DNA of 64,000 nucleotides, from contig JACOYX010000017.1 of assembly GCA_016181585.1 (NCBI GenBank), forward strand, positions 8,317 to 72,316, read 5' to 3'. Below, piece by piece: positions 1 through 7,653 of the stretch. Positions within the stretch are counted from its first letter, which is position 1, and each line of letters begins with the position of its first letter. The stretch is from Candidatus Sungiibacteriota bacterium. Its GTDB lineage: Bacteria > Patescibacteriota > Minisyncoccia > Sungbacterales > HO2-52-23. Both the position numbers and the translations under genes were made by a program. Below the pieces are notes generated by a model, which was not told the DNA's origin, made no database searches, and saw only the letters and a program-made list of their open reading frames with translations.

Positions 1-264
1 CAAATCGCATGCGGCATAGATGTCCTGATCCTCCGCCTCGGCACGGAAAAATTTTTTACCGAGAGAAAGATTTGCTTCTATCCGATGAATATCCCCTTTG
101 AGATGATGTTTTGTCGTACGCTCCGCTTCGAGATCGAGAATCGGAAGATCGTGCATTACGACTTCCTTCAAAAGTTTTTTCAAAGGTTTCAGGATTTTTT
201 TCTCGATGTATTCTGCAAGAGCAGGAGTGATTTCTAAATTTTTTTTGCGGATGGCAACTCTCAT
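1..264 (-). CDS. hpf: Ribosome hibernation promoting factor (HPF/RaiA family), partial; 3' end lies beyond window start
   Basis: Minus-strand frame from ATG at 264 translates MRVAIRKKNLEITPALAEYIEKKILKPLKKLLKEV..., typical HPF/YfiA N-terminus; no stop before position 1. Not in ORF track because it is incomplete. Confidence 0.6.
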   Translation of the reverse strand, partial: MRVAIRKKNLEITPALAEYIEKKILKPLKKLLKEVVMHDLPILDLEAERTTKHHLKGDIHRIEANLSLGKKFFRAEAEDQDIYAACDL

Positions 265-454
265 GCATTATATAACTCAATTTGTTAAAATTTTGTTTCG
301 CTTTTTCCAAAAATTTTTTTGAAATAAAAAATTTTTGGAAAAAACATTTTGCTTTTCCATTATTTACGAAAGAAAAAAATTCGTCAAGTGTCCCGATAGC
401 AACTCTTCGTCAATTTTACCGATATCGGAGTAATTTTGAATAAATTTTGCAAAA

Positions 455-492
455 AATAAAATCCCGCAAAGCGGGATACTTTAATTTTTTAT
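455..492. terminator. Bidirectional rho-independent terminator hairpin (atcccgc-aaa-gcgggat) with T-runs on both sides
   Basis: Stem atcccgc/gcgggat at 461-477, flanked by aaaaaataaa and ttaatttttt; lies 3' of murB on the minus strand. Confidence 0.6.
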
Positions 493-540
493 TTTGCCTA
501 GCCTGTCGTCAACAGACGGCTTAAGTATATTTACATTTTA
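491..540. repeat. Intergenic repeat family H, copy 1 (attttgcctagcct...cagacggcttaag.atatttacatttta)
   Basis: Near-identical ends to the element at 54393-54472; both sit immediately 3' of a minus-strand gene stop. Confidence 0.6.
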
Positions 541-548
541 CGTTTTTT

Positions 549-1490
549 TTAGAATCCTACATACTGTATCTCTTCTTCGAGGGAAATGCCAAATTTTCTT
601 CGCACCGTGTCTTTTACCAAAGAAATCAGCATTACCACTTCTTCCGCCGTAGCCTCTCCTTCATTTACAAAATAATTGGCATGCTTCGGTGAAACATACA
701 CGCGCCCAACACGCTTACCCTTCAGCTCTGCGCGATCAATCAAAAGCGAAGCGGGAATATTTTCAGAATCACGAAAATCCGCAAGCCATGGAAACCGCTC
801 GATCAATTCAGTTTTTTGTATGCCCTTCTGCGCCCATGTAATATTTTTAAAAATACATCCGCATGATTTCGTGCCGATATCCTGCTTTGCCGCGCGCGCT
901 TCGGTGATTTCCCGAATCCTCTGTTGAATTTGCTTTTGATCTCCTTTTTTTAAAGAAAGAACTGCGGAAAGAATTATCCACTCCGGATGTTTTTTAAAAA
1001 CCGAATGCCGATATGAAAATTCGCAACGTGCCGCTTCCAACATGCGGCGTTCAGCGCTCAAAGAATCAAATATCTCCACATTCTCCACAACATCTTTCAT
1101 TGCGCCGCCAAAACACCCCGCATTGCCGCGAATGGAACCGCCTATGCTTCCCGGAACGCCGATCCCCCACTCAAAACCGGAAAGTCCGGCTTTGGCAGAA
1201 GCCACTACCGCACGCGCGGTCATTACCCCCGCGTCGGTGAAAAGTTTTTCTCCTTCGGTACGCACCTCGCCTCCACCTACATGAATCGCAACCCCAAAAA
1301 AACCTTTGTCTGCAACCAACATATTGGAACCGGCTCCGATAATTACAAACGGCAGGTGTTTTTCTTTTGCGAATACAATCGCCTCGATGATATCTTCACT
1401 TTTTTTGACATCGGCAAAGAAGCGGGCATGTCCTCCGATTTTATAAACAGTATACAAAGCAAGCGAAATATTTTCTTTGATCTTGATCAT
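549..1490 (-). CDS. murB: UDP-N-acetylenolpyruvoylglucosamine reductase MurB
   Basis: FAD-binding MurB motifs (IGGHARFF..., VIIGAGSNML, C-terminal MurB domain). Start moved to internal ATG (MIKIKENISL...); the 46 upstream codons in the ORF track read as non-homologous extension. Confidence 0.85.
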   Translation of the reverse strand: MIKIKENISLALYTVYKIGGHARFFADVKKSEDIIEAIVFAKEKHLPFVIIGAGSNMLVADKGFFGVAIHVGGGEVRTEGEKLFTDAGVMTARAVVASAKAGLSGFEWGIGVPGSIGGSIRGNAGCFGGAMKDVVENVEIFDSLSAERRMLEAARCEFSYRHSVFKKHPEWIILSAVLSLKKGDQKQIQQRIREITEARAAKQDIGTKSCGCIFKNITWAQKGIQKTELIERFPWLADFRDSENIPASLLIDRAELKGKRVGRVYVSPKHANYFVNEGEATAEEVVMLISLVKDTVRRKFGISLEEEIQYVGF

Positions 1491-1696
1491 ATAAGTTTCT
1501 TTGAAAAAGCCATTAAGACCTCTTTTAGTTATAGTATTGCAACCGGTATCAAGTTGCAATATAGTTGAAAGGAAAAGTATCCGCCCGATCGGACAATCAT
1601 TCGTTTCTGCGACATGAGGAGCTGGCATTCACATAAGGACAAATTGTTGGAATCTACCCTCCTCGTGTCCCAGAAGCAAGTGATATTATAACGAAC

Positions 1697-1724
1697 ACAA
1701 AATCCCGCTAAAGCGGGATTTTGT
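1697..1724. terminator. Perfect 12-bp-stem hairpin acaaaatcccgc-taaa-gcgggattttgt in divergent intergenic region
   Basis: Same core motif (aaatcccgc.aaagcgggat) as the hairpin at 455-492. Confidence 0.4.
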
Positions 1725-1850
1725 GCGGACAAATTGGAATGTTAGGAATATCCCTAAGTAAATAGGAACACACCCTAAACAGACACTCACATCTATATAT
1801 AGTATAGATAGATAAAACCGGTAAGTCAAGGACGAGGTTATCCACATCCT

Positions 1851-1881
1851 CCCTACTTGGAGGTTTAACCTCCAAGTAGGG
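1851..1881. promoter_or_regulatory. 31-bp perfect palindrome (15-bp arms, 1-nt centre) upstream of the GT4 gene; candidate operator
   Basis: ccctacttggaggtt-t-aacctccaagtaggg; ends 24 bp upstream of a TATAAT-like box at 1906-1911 and 36 bp upstream of ATG 1917. Confidence 0.4.
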
Positions 1882-1916
1882 AACATTCTCGTATTTTTTG
1901 CGTTATATATAATATC

Positions 1917-3062
1917 ATGTCAAGAGCAACCATCCTCTACTGTGTCACAAAATCGGTGTGGGGAGGCGCACAACGCTATGTCTACGACCTTGCGGCGGCA
2001 ATGCCAAAAGAGCAATTTTCAGTCATTGTCGCCGCAGGAGGGAACGGCCGCCTTTTTGATAAACTGAAAGAGAGAAATATCCGTACCATAACCATCGCGT
2101 CGCTTGAGCGTGACGTGCATTTTTTTAATGAGCTTTGCGTACTTAAAGAACTTTTTTGTTTATACAAAAAAGAAAAACCTGACATTGTCCACCTCAATAG
2201 TTCAAAAATAGGCATACTCGGCGCAATAGCCGCACGAGCGGCTTCCTTCGCGACAGGAAAAAGAATAAAAATCATTTTCACTGCCCACGGCTGGGCATTC
2301 AATGAAGATCGCAGCGCCCTGCAAAACAAATCGATCTATTGTGCCGTACGATTCGGTTCTCTTCTTCAAGACCGTGTTATTGTCATCAATTCCCGCGATC
2401 TCGAGACTGCCAAAAAATTTATTACAGAAAAAAAATTAGCACTTATCTTAAACGGCATCACTGCACCGGATTTTTTCCCGCAAACTTACGCTCGCGAATA
2501 TCTTGGAAAAAAAGCAGGCACTATTTTCAGCGAGCATACGCTGGTTATCGGCACCATCGCGGAACTTACCAAAAATAAAGGCATTACCTATCTTATCGCA
2601 GCGTCTCCCCGCTTGAATAAATCCTACTCATTCCATACTGTTATTATAGGCGATGGAGAAGACCGCGAAGCGCTCAATGCGGAAATTAAAAAACATCGTA
2701 TGGAAGACAAAATTTCTCTTGCGGGCTTTCTCGCCGGCGCCGCGCAATACATACACGGTTTTGATATTTTTGTTCTTCCCTCGTTAAAGGAAGGACTGCC
2801 CTATGTTATCTTGGAAGCGATGCATGCCGGAGTGCCAGTGGTGGCAACGGACATCGGGGGAATTTCTGACTTGATCGAACACAAAAAAACCGGCTTCCTT
2901 GTCCCCGCAAAAAGTCCTGGGCATATCGCATCCGCAGTAAGACGGCTCGCCGCGGATAAAAAACTTAGAGGAACCATCAGCACCAATGCCAAGGAAACAC
3001 TCAAGAAAAAATTCGACTTTAGTGCAATGATTAAAAAAACAATTGCAGTATACCTAAAATAA
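1917..3062 (+). CDS. Glycosyltransferase family 4 (GT-B, retaining GT1/GT4-like)
   Basis: 381 aa; N-terminal GT4 donor domain, C-terminal EX7E-type region (FVLPSLKEGLPYVILEAMHAGVPVVATDIGG). Confidence 0.8.
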   Translation: MSRATILYCVTKSVWGGAQRYVYDLAAAMPKEQFSVIVAAGGNGRLFDKLKERNIRTITIASLERDVHFFNELCVLKELFCLYKKEKPDIVHLNSSKIGILGAIAARAASFATGKRIKIIFTAHGWAFNEDRSALQNKSIYCAVRFGSLLQDRVIVINSRDLETAKKFITEKKLALILNGITAPDFFPQTYAREYLGKKAGTIFSEHTLVIGTIAELTKNKGITYLIAASPRLNKSYSFHTVIIGDGEDREALNAEIKKHRMEDKISLAGFLAGAAQYIHGFDIFVLPSLKEGLPYVILEAMHAGVPVVATDIGGISDLIEHKKTGFLVPAKSPGHIASAVRRLAADKKLRGTISTNAKETLKKKFDFSAMIKKTIAVYLK

Positions 3063-3094
3063 GCGGTAGAAAGTATTGTTAACAATGCAACGAT

Positions 3095-4477
3095 ATGACC
3101 AAATCCCGCCACTATATAAAACTACTCATTCTTTTTTGCGGAGACATAGCGCTTCTCTACCTCTCGCTTTTAGCGGGCCTTTTCGTCCGCTATTATCCAG
3201 AATCTGGCTGGCTTCTGGTAGATCAGCACATCATCCCCTTCAGTATTATTTTCGCTGTGTGGATAATTCTTTTCAACGCATTCGGGCTTTATGATCTGAA
3301 ATTCATGAAAAATGAAAAGATGTTTCTTTATCGGATTTTGCGGCTTATGCTCGCCAATACTATTCTTGCCATTATTCTTTTTTATTTTTTCCCCTTCACC
3401 ATAGAACCCCGCCGCAATCTTTTGATTATAGCCGTACTTACCACAGTACTCATTGCTCTATGGCGTTATCTTTTCAATTTTTTCCTCCTCAAAACACCGG
3501 CTTCGCGCATACTGTTTTTCGGTTTGAATACCGACATGAACGAACTCGCCGAATACATCCTCCAAAATCGCCAACTCGGGTTTAAACCCATCGGATTTAT
3601 TGCCGAAAACGCTTCCATTCCCATACTCTCTCCGGAATTTCTGTCCCTTCCCCTCCACACACTCGCTGAAAAAAAATTGAAAGCCATCGTACAGGAAACA
3701 CATGCGGATTCGATTATCATTTCCCGCGAAATAAAAGAAAACAAAACACTTACTAAAATTCTTTTCCAGGTTATTCCTTTGGGCGTTGGGGTTGTGGAAT
3801 TTGCCAAATTCCACGAAATGGTAACGGGGAAAATACCCCATTCTCTCATCGGGGAAATCTGGTTTTTGGAAAATCTTATCGGCATTAAAAAAGGACTTTA
3901 CGACTCCCTCAAACGCACCTGTGATATAGTCCTATCACTGGTATTCCTTTTTCCATCATTCTTTCTTTTTCCGCTCGCCGCGCTAGCGATAAAATGCGAA
4001 TCGCGGGGACCTGTGTTTTTCCGCCAAAAACGCGTCGGAAAAAACGGACAGGAATTTTGGCTGGTAAAATTCCGCTCCATGGTTGAAGATGCGGAAAAAA
4101 TGAGCGGTTTCAAAGGAGGAGGCCGTGACCCGCGACACACCCGCGTCGGCGCATTTTTGCGCAAAAGCTATCTTGATGAATTGCCGCAAATTTTCAATAT
4201 TATTCGCGGCGAGATGTCTTTCGTTGGTCCCCGCCCCGAACGCCCGGAATATGTGGCGGAGCTCAAGCAAAAAATCCCGTTTTACGAAATGAGACTTTTG
4301 GTATTACCCGGCATTACCGGCTGGGCGCAGATCAATATGGAAGACGATGCGTCCGTCGAAGACGCTCCGGAAAAAATGCAGTACGATCTTTATTACATTA
4401 AAAATCGGACATTTATTCTTGATCTTCTCATTATTATCCGCACTATTTTTGCCATTTTGGGAAGACAGGGACGTTGA
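3095..4477 (+). CDS. Polyprenyl-phosphate sugar phosphotransferase (bacterial sugar transferase, WbaP/CpsE/PglC-like initiating enzyme)
   Basis: N-terminal TM helices plus C-terminal PF02397-type catalytic domain (SLVFLFP...ESRGPVFFRQKRVGKNGQEFWLVKFRSM...DELPQIFNIIRGEMSFVGPRPE). Confidence 0.85.
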   Translation: MTKSRHYIKLLILFCGDIALLYLSLLAGLFVRYYPESGWLLVDQHIIPFSIIFAVWIILFNAFGLYDLKFMKNEKMFLYRILRLMLANTILAIILFYFFPFTIEPRRNLLIIAVLTTVLIALWRYLFNFFLLKTPASRILFFGLNTDMNELAEYILQNRQLGFKPIGFIAENASIPILSPEFLSLPLHTLAEKKLKAIVQETHADSIIISREIKENKTLTKILFQVIPLGVGVVEFAKFHEMVTGKIPHSLIGEIWFLENLIGIKKGLYDSLKRTCDIVLSLVFLFPSFFLFPLAALAIKCESRGPVFFRQKRVGKNGQEFWLVKFRSMVEDAEKMSGFKGGGRDPRHTRVGAFLRKSYLDELPQIFNIIRGEMSFVGPRPERPEYVAELKQKIPFYEMRLLVLPGITGWAQINMEDDASVEDAPEKMQYDLYYIKNRTFILDLLIIIRTIFAILGRQGR

Positions 4478-4542
4478 CAGCTATGTCTAAATTTGCTATT
4501 ATAATTTTAGGTCATTAAGGGTCCAAAAAGGAGGTATTTCGA

Positions 4543-4758
4543 ATGTGTGATTACCTATTGCCGGGAGAATCAGCTACTTACCTCGCCGAAGGGCGACAAA
4601 CTAATGATTTGATCGAAAAAATTGAAGCATTGGAGACATTTCGCTTTCACCTATTATATGAAAGCAGTAGTAATAAAGCTCCAATGAGCTGTGAATGTCC
4701 CAAGTGTAAGCCAGACCTCTATCCTTCAAACATTTGGGAATTAATGTATCCTGATTAG
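4543..4758 (+). CDS. Small cysteine-containing hypothetical protein (71 aa)
   Basis: Strong SD AAAGGAGGT 7 nt upstream; CECPKCKPD motif; lies in a low-GC block distinct from its flanks. Confidence 0.45.
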   Translation: MCDYLLPGESATYLAEGRQTNDLIEKIEALETFRFHLLYESSSNKAPMSCECPKCKPDLYPSNIWELMYPD

Positions 4759-4768
4759 AGGAGGAATA

Positions 4769-5005
4769 ATGCTGACATTCTTGGAATACTGGTATTGCGC
4801 TGGATTAATCTTAGTTGTAATTGGCTGCTTAAATTGCTTATACAGGGGAAAGCCGCTATTCGTGCCGCCCAAAGGATGCGAAAGAGGATGGAAAAAATTT
4901 ATTGCAGGTGTTATAGCATTCACTATTATCCCGCTCATTGGACCAGTTTTCGTATTCGTTTTTTGTGCGGCTTGGTTAGTGAAATTTTTTTACAGGGAGG
5001 TCTAA
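4769..5005 (+). CDS. Small two-TM membrane protein (78 aa)
   Basis: SD GAGGAGGAATAATG; two hydrophobic helices; cysteine pairs (CLNC, GCERG). Confidence 0.5.
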   Translation: MLTFLEYWYCAGLILVVIGCLNCLYRGKPLFVPPKGCERGWKKFIAGVIAFTIIPLIGPVFVFVFCAAWLVKFFYREV

Positions 5006-5184
5006 TGGCTCACTTCAAAAACGTGCACCGGATGTGAAAAGACCATTGAGGAGTGCCCATGCGAATCGGATAATAAAATGCTTATCCTCATGGTATGCGC
5101 AAAAAAAGGACTGCATCTTAAAAAACCTCTGAAAATTATAGATTATCTTCCGCCGGAATTGGAGACGATTATATCTCCAAACTA

Positions 5185-5212
5185 AAAAGACGTACGAAAG
5201 TACGTTTTTTAT
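5185..5212 (+). terminator. Rho-independent terminator (agacgtac-gaaa-gtacgt + T6)
   Basis: Palindromic stem followed by tttttt; closes the small-gene cassette. Confidence 0.6.
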
Positions 5213-5241
5213 AATATTCTTAAATCACAAGCGTTTGCGTA

Positions 5242-5399
5242 GGGAAACCCGCGGATTTTTCGCGGGGTTACGAAGTTGTGCAAGCATGGTTCCCGATATT
5301 CATTATTTTCTCTATAAATAAAAATCGGGATTGCACAACTTCGACCTTTTGTTTGCTCACTGGAGCAAACAAAAAAAGCGAAAAATCTGTGGGTTTCCC
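5242..5399. repeat. Structured repeat family F, copy 1: nested inverted repeats around core catggttcccgatattcatt...aaatcgggattg
   Basis: Outer IR gggaaaccc.c.gatttttcg; second IR gaagttgtgcaa/ttgcacaacttc; inner stem tcccgat/atcggga; side hairpin tttgctcactggagcaaa. Homologous copies at 45823-45957 and 7526-7589 with compensatory changes. Confidence 0.7.
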
Positions 5400-5416
5400 T
5401 ACAGGAACATACTAAA

Positions 5417-6331
5417 TCAAACTATCCTCATCATCTTTTTCAACTCCCCAATCCCGTCTTCAAATTTCACATTTGGCGCCCACCCGATAAGATTTTTTGC
5501 GCGAGAGTTGTCCGCAAGCGTAGCTTTCACCTCTCCTCGTCTCACTTCGGCAAATTTCCATTCACCGCCTATTAATTGCGCCACATCAAGAACACTGTAA
5601 TTTTTCCCCGTACCTACATTAATAATTTCTCCTTTTCCGACACGCGGCGATCCCATCGCGAGAATATTGGCACGCGCGATATCGGTAACGTGCGTAAAGT
5701 CCCGGCGCTGGGTGCCATCGGGAACCACAGTCATAATATCTCCCTTTTTTCGCTGTTCCAAAAATATGCCAATCACAGTCGCATATGGCCCATCAGATGC
5801 TGTAGTCTGCCGTGGTCCGTATACATTAAAATAGCGCAAACACACCGTTTCAAGTCCATAAAATTGTGATGCCATCTCGCAATATTGTTCTCCCACTCGC
5901 TTCTGGATCGCATAGGGAATAACCGGTTCCGGCCTCATATCTTCCTTGAGTGGCATAGGATTATTGGGTCCATACGCCGACGAAGAAGCGGAATAGACAA
6001 CCCGCTTCACCCCGGTGTCACGCGCGGCAAGAAGCACATTTAGCGTGCCGGTGATATTGATATCATTCGTCAACTGCGGCTCCAGTATGGAGTATTGCAT
6101 CCGCGGCTGTGCGGCAGTATGGAAAATCCCCGCGGCCCCCTGAAAAATCGGCTTTAATTTTTCAAAATCGCGTATATCCGCTTCGTGCAATACCGCTTTG
6201 GAATTCACCCGTTCGCGCTTTCCTGTTAAGAAAATATCAACAATATGCGCCTCATCGCCGCGCTCCAAAAGTTGATCCACAATATGCGATCCGATAAATC
6301 CCGCGCCTCCGGTTACAATATATTTCGCCAT
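5417..6331 (-). CDS. NAD-dependent epimerase/dehydratase (SDR; UDP-sugar 4-epimerase-like, WbpP/GalE-type)
   Basis: TGGAGFIGSH Rossmann motif; YxxxK region (SSSAYGP); 304 aa. Confidence 0.8.
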   Translation of the reverse strand: MAKYIVTGGAGFIGSHIVDQLLERGDEAHIVDIFLTGKRERVNSKAVLHEADIRDFEKLKPIFQGAAGIFHTAAQPRMQYSILEPQLTNDINITGTLNVLLAARDTGVKRVVYSASSSAYGPNNPMPLKEDMRPEPVIPYAIQKRVGEQYCEMASQFYGLETVCLRYFNVYGPRQTTASDGPYATVIGIFLEQRKKGDIMTVVPDGTQRRDFTHVTDIARANILAMGSPRVGKGEIINVGTGKNYSVLDVAQLIGGEWKFAEVRRGEVKATLADNSRAKNLIGWAPNVKFEDGIGELKKMMRIV

Positions 6332-6342
6332 TTTAATAATTA

Positions 6343-6488
6343 GACCTACTGCGTAAAGATTTTCGTAACGAAATTTCTTAATTTAGAGACAAAATCGTTG
6401 AATAAATTTCGAGGCCTATCGGCTTAGATAAGTCAAGTTTGGCCGAAATTAAGAAATTGCAGTAGAAGTATCTTTACGCAGTAGGTCT
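6343..6488. repeat. Palindromic repeat family A, copy 1 (terminal IR agacctactgcgtaaag...ctttacgcagtaggtct)
   Basis: 17-bp terminal inverted repeats enclosing about 110 bp of imperfectly palindromic sequence; near-identical to the copy at 51264-51426. Confidence 0.75.
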
Positions 6489-6489
6489 A

Positions 6490-7413
6490 TTATTTATTAT
6501 TTTTCTTTTTTTGAGACTCAACTTTCCTCTTAACCCATTCGTGGTCGTGTACACTCACATCCTCAAGCGTCAGCCCTTGGCTCAAAAGCAACGCCTCATT
6601 GAACGCGCGATCCTGTTTCAAAAGATTTGCCGCATCGCTCATGCAATTTATCTCAAGCGAAGCGATCAATCCGTCAAGATCTTTGGGTAAGCAAAACCCG
6701 CCGAAACCTTTGTACCCTCCATGCGCCACATCGAGATGCGAATCGCCAATGCGAAAATCCGCCGCCAGGCCGCACCGCACGTTTTCGTAATCCCCCCCGA
6801 GGCTTGCCGCAAGCATCGCCAAAGAATTTGCAAAATTTATTTTCCGCGCAAAGTGAATATTACCCCCGTATTTTATAATCTCCGCTTCCGTTGCGGTTAT
6901 TTTCAACGAGCGATAGGTGTTGAGGCCTCCTGGCGACATAAAAGGCGCGCGCGGAAGCAGAGAGAGAGCGAGATAAGCCGCATCAATGCTTTGATTGGTA
7001 AACCCAACGATCTGGCGATCGGGACGGATAAAATCCTCCCATGCACGCCGCTCCGTTAAAAATTCAGGATTGAAGAGAAACTTGTGATGCGGATATTCCT
7101 CCTGAAATTTTTCAGTAGTTCCCGGCGGAACAGTGGATTTTATCACGATAATTTTCTCTCCCTTAATTTTTGAGATCGCGTTCTTTACAAAATTAATATT
7201 AGCCGAACCGTCTTCCGAACGAGGTGTCGGCACTGAAATAAAAACAATATCAGCATTGCTCACACGGTCGTTAAAGCCTTTTTTAGGGTCAATGTCATAC
7301 AAAAAAAGATCCTTGCCGCGCTTGTACTCCTGATACTCTTCAAAATACCGCGCAAGCGGACCTCCCACCATGCCAATCCCCACAATGCCGATTTTAATCT
7401 TTTTATTTTTCAT
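6490..7413 (-). CDS. UDP-glucose/GDP-mannose dehydrogenase family protein, short form lacking the C-terminal UDP-binding domain
   Basis: GIVGIGMVGG NAD-binding motif; catalytic GFGGFCLPKD; only 307 aa; stop lies 2 nt from the family-A repeat. Confidence 0.6.
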   Translation of the reverse strand: MKNKKIKIGIVGIGMVGGPLARYFEEYQEYKRGKDLFLYDIDPKKGFNDRVSNADIVFISVPTPRSEDGSANINFVKNAISKIKGEKIIVIKSTVPPGTTEKFQEEYPHHKFLFNPEFLTERRAWEDFIRPDRQIVGFTNQSIDAAYLALSLLPRAPFMSPGGLNTYRSLKITATEAEIIKYGGNIHFARKINFANSLAMLAASLGGDYENVRCGLAADFRIGDSHLDVAHGGYKGFGGFCLPKDLDGLIASLEINCMSDAANLLKQDRAFNEALLLSQGLTLEDVSVHDHEWVKRKVESQKKKNNK

Positions 7414-7525
7414 ACGTTAAATCTTACAGACAAACATAGAACGCCCTGTCTTCGATCGAGGTTACCAACAGTAACAACAGAGTTTTGCATCGAAGCGAGG
7501 CGTTATACTTTCGAGACAATTTGGA

Positions 7526-7589
7526 AAAGCGGCAGCTTGGTTCCCGCTATTCTTATAATTCTTTATAAATAATAGCGGGACGCCGCTTT
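7526..7589. repeat. Structured repeat family F, copy 3 (core only)
   Basis: aaagcggc-agcttggttcccgctatt...aatagcgggacgccgcttt; inner stem tcccgctatt/aatagcggga covaries with tcccgat/atcggga of copies 1 and 2. Confidence 0.5.
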
Positions 7590-7653
7590 GATAGTTAGCG
7601 AGGCCGCCGCGGGAAGCGGCCGAGCGTGTCGAGAAAGCATAATGCTGAGCGAA

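Noticed and set aside
549-1628. Long N-terminal extensions in ORF-track calls (murB 1491-1628; methyltransferase 22193-22366; 44896 gene 45796-45852; membrane protein 35834-35974; NeuA-2; NUDIX; NTP-transferase; cupin 37352-37417)
   Set aside because: The extensions are non-homologous, overlap repeats or terminators, or begin with TTG. Internal ATGs match family N-termini, and in one case (35833) a perfect GAGGAGG SD.
1982-2329. Numerous antisense or overlapping ORFs in the track (e.g. 1982-2329, 3458-3885, 8004-8904, 29137-29842, 46629-47228, 53071-53619)
   Set aside because: These are shadow ORFs inside well-supported coding regions on the opposite strand or in other frames. They have no independent motif or start signals.
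5003-5185. Stop-codon readthrough or recoding of TAA at 5003-5005 fusing the 78-aa membrane protein to a downstream Cys-rich segment
   Set aside because: TAA is not a known reassigned sense codon in bacteria. The other genes here terminate normally on TAA, TAG and TGA. A nonsense-disrupted gene or a coincidental open frame is more parsimonious. Kept as a note inside the small-gene-cassette finding.
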